This document shows positions 19,517-28,624 of a DNA stretch of 64,000 nucleotides, in pieces (position 1 is the first letter of the stretch; each line of letters begins with the position of its first letter). A program made the translations under genes and the position numbers. The notes beneath the pieces were generated by a model. The model was not told where the DNA came from. It ran no database searches and saw only the letters and a list, made by a program, of their open reading frames with translations. The stretch covers positions 34,299 to 98,298 of the forward strand of contig CAWFQC010000031.1 in NCBI GenBank assembly GCA_963817645.1. The letters are read 5' to 3'. The DNA is from an uncultured Gammaproteobacteria bacterium (lineage in GTDB: Bacteria > Pseudomonadota > Gammaproteobacteria > UBA6002).

Positions 19517-20415
19517 ATGGAAAGTAAAATATTGATCAACCCTTTAACTGAAAAAAAAGTAATAAATTTGCCAACCATCATATTTATGGATAGTCATTAT
19601 GATATAGTTCACGGAAAAATATTAACAAAATTAGCGCCAAAGTTCAGTGAGCTGGGATATAAATATTTTTATTCAGAAGTGCCTGAAACTATCTCCCTAG
19701 AAGAACACATTTTTCGTATCAAACGGACGGCTTTTATCTTAAAATGGCAGGAGCTCAACGTGAAATTATTAAACAATTCGGTAAAATTACTGATAATCAA
19801 GCAACTATTGAATTTTATAATACAGTAGATAATCTGCATAAAAGGCATTTAGCAGATTTGGAGCTAAAAAAATTTCTTGATATTCTTCATTCAAACAATA
19901 TTAACTATAAAGGGATTGATCTAATTGAAATTGAAGATGAATCTAATCATGATTTTGCAGTTTCACCTGAAGGCATCGAAAAAAGAGATAAAAAAATGGT
20001 GAATGAATACTTACAAGCGAAAGAACCTGTTTTTGGATCCATTGGATATGGGCATGCACTTGGGATGCAAAACAAGATACTTGAAAATTTATCCCTTGAA
20101 GAATCCAAGTCAAAATTTCATTTTTTTTATATTTATTCTAATTTGCCAGAAAATAAGTACGAAGAACAAATTCGCAGTCAAGAGTTATTTCACCCTCTTG
20201 GAATCACGATCCTTGATGCAAATAAAATGACAGAAGAGGAAATTGTAAGTCTAGTTATGGTAAAAATTAAGATACAAAACTTATCTGGTAGTGCAGACAG
20301 TGTTCCTTTAGCCAACTTCTCAGGTTTTTTATCAACAAATAATAGTAATGCCAGCAAACAGCCTCAAACAAATTTTTGTGATGTATCTAATGAAAATAAA
20401 TTGGCCTCATTTTAA
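19517..20415 (+). pseudogene. Paralogue of the N-terminal domain of 15765-17306, split into two overlapping ORFs by a frameshift between 19687 and 19745
   Basis: IIFMDSHYDIVHGKILTKLAPKFSELGYKYFYSEV parallels IIFAETHDDPITAQILKKLTPRLKELGYRYFYEEM. GSIGYGHALGMQ parallels ARIGRAHAPGIQ. There is no ankyrin module. Confidence 0.6.
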
Positions 20416-20632
20416 GATATCATATTTTATTATCTGCTGTGTATTACAATAGTGTAAATTATAAATGCGTTTGACTGCTAAATAGTCAATGCTTTTTGGA
20501 TTCAAAGTTTTTATTTCAGGAAAAGAGTCATGTTTAAAATGATAAATTTTGGACATTTTGAGAAAAGGAGAAACAGGTATGTTCGATAAGATATTTGATT
20601 TGAAGCAATTAAATGGTGTGAAAGGTCGATCC

Positions 20633-21616
20633 ATGCGATTAGCACCCAAATTAAAAGCTTTGATGTTATGTTTTCTGGCCTTTATTGTGGCAGGCTGCAA
20701 CCATCCAAATCATATCTCCCGACTGAATAAATATTCTTCTGGCTATATTCAAGTTAATCAAGGAAAACTTTTCTATCAAGAATATGGTTCTGGAATACCC
20801 ATTATTGTTTTACATGGTGGTCCAGGTTTAGATCAAGGTTACCTCTTACCCCAAATGCTAGAATTTGCAAAAGATCACAGGATTATTTTTTATGATCAGC
20901 GTGGATCAGGGAAATCGCTTGATACAAAACTCACACCTTCTTTCATCAATATGAATCAATTTGTTCAAGATTTAGAAACAGTTAGGATGCGATTTGGGCT
21001 TAAGAAATTTGTACTGCTTGGTCATTCGTGGGGTGGATTGCTCGCTATGAACTATGCAATTAAATATCCTGATAAGCTCAGTGCTCTTATTCTGCTAAAT
21101 ACTGCGCCAGCAGATTATCAAGGGGTGCAAGCATTTTTTAAAGAACTTAAAAAAAGAACTTTGCCGATTAAGCAGCAAATTAAGCCTTTATTTAATAGTA
21201 AGGATGTTGAGAAATTAACACAAGCTGAGATCTCTCAATTATATAAATTGCTGTTTTCAGTTTACTTTTTTGATCGGCAAGATATTGCAAAGTTATCATT
21301 AGATATGACCGAGAAGTCAGCAAAAAGCGGCTTGAAAGTATTGGAACTAATGGCTCAAACATCATCTCTCAAGCCAACTACAAATCTGTACTCACAACTT
21401 CGAAAATTAAAAGTGCCGATATTAATAGTACACGGCAAACAAGATATCGTTCCTTTATGGACAGCAAAGCAAATTCATGATGTTATTCCCCATTCTCAGT
21501 TTATCCCCGTAGAAGAATGCGGACATTTCGTCTATATTGAAAAACCTGATCAATTATCTCTTAAAATCAGAAATTTTTTAACTGAACTGCAACTATCACA
21601 ATTAGAGGATAAATAG
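20633..21616 (+). CDS. Alpha/beta-hydrolase (proline-iminopeptidase-like) lipoprotein
   Basis: Lipobox LAFIVAGC after the start chosen at MRLAPKLK (ATG 20633). HGGPG oxyanion motif. Nucleophile elbow GHSWGG. C-terminal ECGHF. Confidence 0.8.
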   Translation: MRLAPKLKALMLCFLAFIVAGCNHPNHISRLNKYSSGYIQVNQGKLFYQEYGSGIPIIVLHGGPGLDQGYLLPQMLEFAKDHRIIFYDQRGSGKSLDTKLTPSFINMNQFVQDLETVRMRFGLKKFVLLGHSWGGLLAMNYAIKYPDKLSALILLNTAPADYQGVQAFFKELKKRTLPIKQQIKPLFNSKDVEKLTQAEISQLYKLLFSVYFFDRQDIAKLSLDMTEKSAKSGLKVLELMAQTSSLKPTTNLYSQLRKLKVPILIVHGKQDIVPLWTAKQIHDVIPHSQFIPVEECGHFVYIEKPDQLSLKIRNFLTELQLSQLEDK

Positions 21617-22064
21617 CTGCGCGGGAAGATATATTGACGATACTTCCCTTTTTATTTGCTTTCATCATCTGAATCGCATATTTGCAGCCAAGAGCAACAC
21701 CATCCGCATTGACTGCCATGACTTTATGCCAGCTTTCAAGGTCAAAATTTTCAGCATTATGGGGACCTTTAGTTTGAGTGAATCCACCAATGCCAGCATT
21801 ATTGACTAAAATATCCAACCTGCCGAAATTTTTTTCGATAAAATCACCTGCACTCATCCAATCGCTTTCCTGACTGACATCGAGGTGAATGTAACATGCA
21901 CCTTTTCCCAAGTGATTAACGATTTGCTTACCTACTTCATCTTGGATATCACTTAAAATAACGCAAGAACCTTCTTGATGGAACAACTCTGAAATGGCTT
22001 TTCCTATGCCACTGGCTGCGCCTGAGACTAAACTGACCTTATCTAATAAACGTAAACGCTTCAA
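21567..22064 (-). pseudogene. Short-chain dehydrogenase/reductase, C-terminally truncated
   Basis: VSGAASGIGKAI, NNAGI and IVNISS are present, but the ORF ends before any YxxxK catalytic motif. It overlaps the convergent hydrolase gene by 50 nt. Confidence 0.55.
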
Positions 22065-22094
22065 ATTATCTCCTTTTGTTCAGCAATAATGGAC

Positions 22095-22655
22095 TTATAT
22101 TCTTGCTGACTCTCGTCGCTTTAATTGGGAATATTTTAAAATATAACAACAAGTTGCCATACTTATTTTCAATAAGGCTCCAAAAATATATGGCCAAACG
22201 CCCGTCCAAAAAGCTTTGTTAGCTCCCATATAAAAATTGAGCACAGCATAGCCGCTGGATAAGATCACACATTCATTGAATGAGAGACAAATCCAAGCTT
22301 TCCAGAGACTTTGAGGCTTAATTTTGTCTAATACTCTCGGTAAAAAATAGGAAGAAATCAGAAAGCCAATATAATAACCTCCTGAGGCTGATAAAAACCA
22401 GAAATGATTACTGGTGCCATCAGCAAGTACTGGAAAACTGAGCGTAGCAAGTGCTAAATAAATTAAAACTACTCTAAATGCTTTTTTCTCTATAGTAATC
22501 ACTAAGAGTGAAATGCTGAGACTTTGCAAAGACATTTGAATACTTGTGCCTGGTAGTGGCACCTTTTTTAAGGCCATAGCTACTAAAAATAACACGCCTA
22601 GCATAGTTAGAAGAGTAGCTTTGAATAATTCAGATGTATGATTTTTTTTGATCAT
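22095..22655 (-). CDS. bioY: BioY-family biotin transporter component
   Basis: Multi-TM protein. VPLPGTSIQMSLQSLSISLL...ASGGYYIGFLISSYF...PYIFGALLKI parallels the BioY consensus (PITLQT...PTGGYLIGF...PFLPGDLIK) as I recall it. Confidence 0.6.
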   Translation of the reverse strand: MIKKNHTSELFKATLLTMLGVLFLVAMALKKVPLPGTSIQMSLQSLSISLLVITIEKKAFRVVLIYLALATLSFPVLADGTSNHFWFLSASGGYYIGFLISSYFLPRVLDKIKPQSLWKAWICLSFNECVILSSGYAVLNFYMGANKAFWTGVWPYIFGALLKISMATCCYILKYSQLKRRESARI

Positions 22656-22785
22656 CCATTTATTCCCAATAAATGACTATTTTATCGTTGAGCATATTAT
22701 ATGAAAACCAATTGCTATGTAATTTTTTATTTCAAGTCGTGTTTGCATAATTTTTCTCGTGAGCGTTGAATTTTTGAATTAGAGT

Positions 22786-23337
22786 TCATCTTAATAACAC
22801 ACCGATCAAGGATACGAGTTGAGCTTGCGGTGCATTTGGCTTCAGGATAAATATAATTCCAATAAAACCAATAATAATCCCATACCATATATTCTTTTCC
22901 AGGCGAACACCAAGCCGAATCATCATAATGAATGGAATCCATAATGGTGCTGAATATTGATATAGAAGAGCTTCAGAAATTGGAACAAACCGAATAACAT
23001 AAAATAAAGTCAAAGAGCATCCGATTCCTGAAACAATTCGCACAACATAATCAATGACATTATTCGTATTTAACTGATTGATACCATTCTTAAATATTGT
23101 GGGAATGAGTAATACTAGACAAACGATGTTTTGGTAACACAAAATCACTGTTAATGGCACTTGTGTTGTCATGGATTTCACGCAAATACCAATTAACGAG
23201 GCGAACAAATACGCTACCAAGCACAACCAAATTCCCTTTAAGGGATGCTTCTCAATCATAATATCCGTACTTGTCATAAAATCATATTCCCCACTTCCAC
23301 TTTTAATAATACACTCTTTTCCTTTAAAGTTGCTCAC
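22786..23337 (-). pseudogene. DMT/EamA-like transporter, probably truncated to about half length
   Basis: 183 aa with ~5 hydrophobic segments, whereas EamA proteins normally have 10. No continuation is present in any frame. The call is weak. Confidence 0.35.
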
Positions 23338-23889
23338 GCTGATTTAGAGATTATGTTCTATCTCTAAATGAAGCCATCAAAGCCCAAAGTCCCGATCAGT
23401 TCAAACCTAGGTGTGAAAGCTTCACACCTAGGTTCTATTTAAACAAAACTTAATAAATTGCTTGATTTTGACCAGGGCGTCATGAAAGGCCTATGGGTTA
23501 TTACCCAAGCCCCCATAATGAGGCCATGACAGCCACTTACCAACATTCCATTCAACCCTTTTATCCCCATTTACTTAAACCTGTTGCGATTCGTTTCAAT
23601 CGCAAAAAACAATATAACCAAGAAGAAGGGCCTCCCTCAAACATTTCTGACAATCAGCGCTTATTTCCGAATAATAACGGCTAACAGGATACAACAAGGA
23701 AACGTCAAAATGAAGTCAATGAATATTTTGAAGGACATTTTTTATTTTTTGCGAGATTAATAATGGAGTTGCATGAAGCAGAAAAAAGACCATGATTCTG
23801 ATCAAGATAAATGCTTGGTGATGTAGCTGATTTGTAAGCCCTCTGTTCAAGTTGTCGCCTCTACTTATAAAGTTTGGGGGCAAGAGGAA

Positions 23890-24147
23890 ATGACTTTGTT
23901 TGTCACAACAACCTGCAAATTAACAATAAAGCTAAGCTTTAGCTTTATTAAATCGTCTGTTATAAAGGGTTTCAATAAAATTAGGCAAAGGCTTTTTTCA
24001 ATGCTCTTGCTTGTGAAAGGCAGCCATAGCACATTACTATATGGGGAATGCTTTACCATTATTCGTAATTTAAAAGATGAGCTTAAATCCGGTACTTATA
24101 AAGCTATGCTCAAACAGCTTAACATTAATGAAGAAGATTTGAGGTAA
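23890..24147 (+). CDS. HicA-like mRNA-interferase toxin; the N-terminus is uncertain or degenerate and no HicB partner is present
   Basis: C-terminal VKGSHSTLLYG...LKDELKSGTYKAMLKQLNINEEDL resembles the HicA pattern GSH...K-LKxGTLxxILKQxGI. Confidence 0.35.
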   Translation: MTLFVTTTCKLTIKLSFSFIKSSVIKGFNKIRQRLFSMLLLVKGSHSTLLYGECFTIIRNLKDELKSGTYKAMLKQLNINEEDLR

Positions 24148-24167
24148 AATACCATGAGCAATTTTAA

Positions 24168-24275
24168 TTACCCTGGTTTAAAACCTCTCCGGCGTATCTC
24201 TTGGTTTCCCATTAAATTTTTCAACGTTTCATCTATCAAGCAATATACAGATATGATAAAGTCTTCCATCGACAT
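24168..24275 (-). pseudogene. 35-codon N-terminal stub of a DDE transposase (IS982/IS5-like N-terminus)
   Basis: The minus-strand translation is MSMEDFIISVYCLIDETLKNLMGNQEIRRRGFKPG*. The FIIxVYCLIDE...RRRGF pattern is recalled from IS transposase N-termini. Confidence 0.45.
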
Positions 24276-24556
24276 GGCTTTTCTCCCTGGCTTTGTTTTT
24301 ATGAAAAACCAAAACTACAGTAATTGGCCATGTCGTTCAAATTAATTTAAAAAATTGAGAATGGCAAGGTTGATATATTGATACCTAATCACATAAAATA
24401 TCAGGTTTGGGTATGTAGGTTTGAAGTTGTGTTTTATATAGGAAAAATGCTACATTTCTCCATCCCCTTGAAATACATGTAAGAAGTCCAATATATTCTT
24501 TTGCCGGATATTGTTCAACCTAATCACCAGATTAGCTACTTGGGAAGAAATTTATA

Positions 24557-26239
24557 ATGTTTAATAAATCTAGTCGATCCGTTGCTCTAAAAACTCGATA
24601 TTTTGAAATTTCTCCTGAGAAGAAGCTCCCGGGGCAAGAATTGATAAAGCTTGAGTTTCCAGGGCTTTACACAGCGTATGACGACTACAGCGGAACAATG
24701 ATAGCATGTAACTTGCCAAATATATTTGGTGATTATCACAACCTTGTTTGGGCAATCACAAATATTAAAGACTACTTCAATTTAAGAGAACAATATCAGC
24801 AACATATTAAAGATGATCCTTTAGTTAAATGGTTTTTAATTCCATTTGTAATAATGAGTAGTAATGTAAAAAAACAAGTCCCTGGATTTTCGGATATTCC
24901 TATTTGGGATAATGAATTGTTTAATAACAAAATATTATTTAATGCATTGCTAGAAGATGGCGCAGAATATCAACATAATTTATTTATTCCAACGCCATTT
25001 GATAGACTTGATGACAATTATTTCAAAGTTGCTTTATCGATATTCGGAAAACAAGCTAACTCAATTCTGGGAAAGACTACTCTTATTGCTATTTTTTCTA
25101 CTCGAAGAGTTTTTAATAAAGTTAAAGAGCTGTTAGAGGTAGGTGCAGATATTAATGAAATAATAGATGAAAAATATGAGAACACTATCTTACAATATTT
25201 AATTGCATGTGAAATGCATAACTATGCTGTCGAGTTGATTAATTTAACTGAAAATATGCCTAAAACCACAACGAGCACAAAAAATAATTGGGAAATTGAG
25301 TATACTTTGCAAGATAAGCAGGGTAAGACTCCATTATTTTTTGCTGTTGGTTTAGGATTAACCAGCGTGGTAGAGAAACTTTTATCACTCATGAAAGGCA
25401 CTGCAAAAAATAAACATATCATTGGCCTAGATATACCTGATCATAAGGGTCGTACATCAGTGATGATAGCTGCAGCGCTAGGGCGTAAAGAGATATTAGA
25501 AATGCTCATCAGCGCTGGATGTAACTTACTAGTGAAAGATAATCAAGGACGTGATCTGCTATGGTATATACAAGCACCGGAAAAAGAAATAAGAGATATA
25601 TTGGAATTTCTTTCAGTTCATCCAGATCGCGTGATAGAAAGTACTTTCAGTAATTTATGCGTCCCTTCACGAGATTATGCCCCTTTGGTACTAGTAGATG
25701 ATAAAGGCCAAGAGACCCCCATTATTTTGTCTCCCAAAGAACCTCATCTAACAATTTTAAGTGAAGCAATTGTATCCTTATATGAAAAACCAACTGAACC
25801 TTTTGAAGGTTGTCTTAATGAAGTAACCAGGCAATTTGTTCCAATGATGGAAAAACTACACCAGAAAATTACAGTACCTACGATATCTGAACAATGCTTG
25901 AGTAATCAACCAAAAATTCGTAATTTTGTGAGGGAATCTTTGCTTCGTCTAGTTTGTGTTTTTGGGGATATAGGAAAAGTAGAACAATATATTATTAATG
26001 ATCAAGTAAATCCTAATGCCTGCGATTGGCAGAACAGAACTAGTTTACATTTTACTGTGATGGGTGAAGCGTTAGTGAAAGACTTTTTAGTGTTGCAACA
26101 GGTTGAGTGTACAATTGATACAATTAGAAATTGTATGGAAAATCATATAAAGGTACTTCTATTTTTATTAGAGCACGGTGGGGATTTGGCAATAAAAAAT
26201 TCCAATGGAAACACACCCCTCTCTCTTTTTAACCCGTGA
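24557..26239 (+). CDS. Ankyrin-repeat effector-like protein. Its C-terminal module is paralogous to that of 15765-17306, and its last ~40 codons are displaced by a frameshift.
   Basis: ANK repeats (GKTPLFFAVGLGLTSVVEKLL; GRTSVMIAAALGRKEILEMLISAGCNL). C-terminal FGDIGKVEQYIINDQVNPNACDWQNRTSLHFTV...LLEHGGDLAIKNSNGNTP parallels the 15765 protein. The homologous tail continues in another frame to 26357. Confidence 0.8.
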   Translation: MFNKSSRSVALKTRYFEISPEKKLPGQELIKLEFPGLYTAYDDYSGTMIACNLPNIFGDYHNLVWAITNIKDYFNLREQYQQHIKDDPLVKWFLIPFVIMSSNVKKQVPGFSDIPIWDNELFNNKILFNALLEDGAEYQHNLFIPTPFDRLDDNYFKVALSIFGKQANSILGKTTLIAIFSTRRVFNKVKELLEVGADINEIIDEKYENTILQYLIACEMHNYAVELINLTENMPKTTTSTKNNWEIEYTLQDKQGKTPLFFAVGLGLTSVVEKLLSLMKGTAKNKHIIGLDIPDHKGRTSVMIAAALGRKEILEMLISAGCNLLVKDNQGRDLLWYIQAPEKEIRDILEFLSVHPDRVIESTFSNLCVPSRDYAPLVLVDDKGQETPIILSPKEPHLTILSEAIVSLYEKPTEPFEGCLNEVTRQFVPMMEKLHQKITVPTISEQCLSNQPKIRNFVRESLLRLVCVFGDIGKVEQYIINDQVNPNACDWQNRTSLHFTVMGEALVKDFLVLQQVECTIDTIRNCMENHIKVLLFLLEHGGDLAIKNSNGNTPLSLFNP

Positions 26240-26397
26240 TTCATATAAAGAAGGTATTACTGGAGTAGAAGCGACAAATATGCTCAAGCTATGCAAAACT
26301 CATCCAAAAGAAGCAAATTCCTTAGATGCTGCTGTAAATAGGATAAACATAGTTTAGCTACAAGCATTAACTAACTTATTTCAAATTTACTCAACAA

Positions 26398-26950
26398 CCA
26401 TCGACTAAAGTCGATGGGTTAAAATAAGGGACTGAAAGTCCCACCAAATATCGGCTAAAGCCGATTAATCTTCTATTTCAAAATTTGGGTTTTCCTTTCC
26501 TTCAAAATGATGCTCCAGGTACTCTTCAATCATCTGCTTGGTCAGCTCACCTGCTGTGACACAAATACCCTCTTGCCCAAAAGTGCCGTCCCCAGTACCT
26601 CTTTTTCAAGTGTGGGAACTCCTCAAACAGCTTAGAGGAGCTTCTCCCTTTGATTCTACGCATTATCTCAGAAGGACTAAGTGTCGGCAGCGCTGACACC
26701 AGTATGTGAATATGATCTTTGCTAACAACTCCGCGCAATATCTCTATCTCAAACATTGAGCAAGTTTGTCTTACCAACTCCCTCAAGCGTAACGCTATGT
26801 CACCTTTCAATACTTGATAACGATACTTCGTAATCCATACAAAATGGTATTCGATTTTGTACCTTGTATGTGGGCCCGTTCTATATTCTTGCATCCCCTC
26901 AGATTAATACAACTGCTAGCTGAAAGCTACCTGCCGAAGGCGGGGGTTTT
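26398..26950 (-). mobile_element. IS200/IS605-family element (tnpA only) with subterminal hairpins
   Basis: It contains a Y1-transposase gene. There are three consecutive hairpins at the 3' side: CCATCGAC-TAAA-GTCGATGG at 26398-26417, GGGAC-TGAAA-GTCCC at 26428-26442, and ATCGGC-TAAA-GCCGAT at 26450-26465. Weaker hairpins lie at 26915-26945. The boundaries are approximate. Confidence 0.6.
26465..26894 (-). pseudogene. tnpA: IS200-type Y1 transposase TnpA with a C-terminal frameshift
   Basis: YHFVWITKYRYQVL, the HUH-type DHIHILVS motif, and RHFWARGY. After ARGY the homologous tail (VTAGELTKQMIEEYLEHH...) continues in another frame, which implies a 1-nt loss near 26570. Confidence 0.75.
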
Positions 26951-27364
26951 AACTATTAAATAACATGTGGCAGCAGGTTTCTGATATCGTAGCTAGGAAG
27001 CTTGTGCACAAACTTCTTATTAAATAGATTTTTTCCCTTGAAGAAGTTGTAAGTAAATAAAAAATTCTCCCTGTCTCGTTGAAAAACTACTCAGTGGAGA
27101 ATCATAGCTAGTATCTGAGCGGAAAATTCTCGGAGGTCTTATATAGATAAGGCCTCCGAGGCTGGTAATTAGAAAACGAAGCTTTTGAAGGAATCGCTAT
27201 AGTGAAGTGAATTGCTTCTCTCGAGAAATAGTTAAGTCTCGATCAAAAAAATACACAAAAACTTCGTTCATTACATAGAAACAGGAAATCCATATTGATT
27301 TACTTTACTCCAAAACTGCTCTCAACGTCCTGTTGATTTACTGACCTGTCATGGAATGATCAAA

Positions 27365-27790
27365 TTAACGACGATGCCCGTAAATAGGCTCCATCAAAAC
27401 AGTGATGTGAGAAGGATATTTTTGCATTGCGCCCGTCATAGCATCTACAAATACTCCTGGCCAGAAAAGGATGACATTTGCAATTGTCCAAGCGTTGAAG
27501 CTTTGTCCTATCCCCACTTGTTTTTGAATATAACCTCGTCTTTCACAGTGAGCAACCAATGCACCTTGACCTTTTGTGATAATTACGGTGCCTGGATTGG
27601 AGTTGAAGATATAAGTATTATTTTTCCCATCAGTTAATGTACACATTGCACCAGGAATAACTTCACGAGTGCGAATATCAATTGCTTGCAAATTGATAGC
27701 TTGTGTTGTGCCCGATACAATCGTAGCGCAACCTGCAATACAGGAGGAAAAAATGATAAGGCAAGAAATGATCTTATAGAGTCTTGACAT
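27365..27790 (-). CDS. Putative lipoprotein of unknown function
   Basis: Signal peptide plus lipobox SSCIAGC. Confidence 0.6.
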   Translation of the reverse strand: MSRLYKIISCLIIFSSCIAGCATIVSGTTQAINLQAIDIRTREVIPGAMCTLTDGKNNTYIFNSNPGTVIITKGQGALVAHCERRGYIQKQVGIGQSFNAWTIANVILFWPGVFVDAMTGAMQKYPSHITVLMEPIYGHRR

Positions 27791-28624
27791 GCTGCATCCT
27801 CTTATTTTAATTAGATTTTATTTTCGTAATATAGACTGAGCAATAAATTCTCTATCTGAACGAAGTCATTGTTCCATTTAAAGCATCTTGTATTGCGCTT
27901 TCTGAATCTAACATTGATCGATTGAATTTTACGGTTACTTGCAAAGTAAGTGGATCTTTTGTCTATTTTGTTATTAATACTGCCATCCTTATTTCCTTAT
28001 GCTTAGCGGTTAGATCGGTGACAACAGAATACCATAAAAATTAACTCAAAACATCACACTTGCGCCATACCCTTTTGCTCAGCCTCAGGCCCTTGTTAAA
28101 GTGACACTAAGCGTTTCCAATTGCAAAAATATCGACTCTAGAGCAGTATGTCAATACGTAGTGCTTTATTTTAGATAATGATGATGTCAACAACCCTCAG
28201 GAGCAAAAGCTCATACAATTTGTAGCTGAAAGATTATTGATAGAGGGAAGAGAGTGAGGTTTGTTAATTATCAAAAATAGTTTGTAAAAATATTTCCGCT
28301 ATAGATTCCCGCTTGAGAGTTCTAGGATTCTTATGAATTCTATATCTATAGTTTTTCAGAAAATTATTTTGCTAAATAATGTTATGCCGTTTAGCAACAA
28401 GAGTCCTGGATTAATTCTCAGTATTTTTTCTACTCTATCTTGTTCTCCCTTGGCCACTTGCTCTAATAATTTGGCGAGTTAGTGGAAGTCTATTTAATCC
28501 TATTTAATTCGAGTTATTGGTAAGACCATGAAAAATTGAGAATCGCGTGATTTTTATTTTAAATTAACTCATTTAATAGTGAAGCATATTCCTTGATAAA
28601 AGGGTAATCCTTCACCCAGAATCA

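Noticed and set aside
23404-23434. Perfect 14-bp-stem hairpin AACCTAGGTGTGAA-AGC-TTCACACCTAGGTT, considered as an intrinsic terminator.
   Set aside because: No U-tract follows on either strand, and there is no convergent intact gene end next to it. I noted it as a palindrome only.
23493-23684. 63-aa ORF in the 23.3-23.9 kb intergenic region, and similarly 39877-40086, 24154-24345 and 27356-27637.
   Set aside because: They have no RBS or motif support and an odd composition. ORF 24154-24345 is antisense to a recognisable transposase stub, and 27356-27637 is antisense to the lipoprotein gene.
27850-27990. Minus-strand reading MAVLITK*TKDPLTLQVTVKFNRSMLDSESAIQDALNGTMTSFR* with an AAGGA RBS, which might be the N-terminus of an ISKra4-like transposase.
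   Set aside because: It rests only on a vague recollection of similar N-termini. It has an in-frame stop and is 44 codons long, which is too weak to call.
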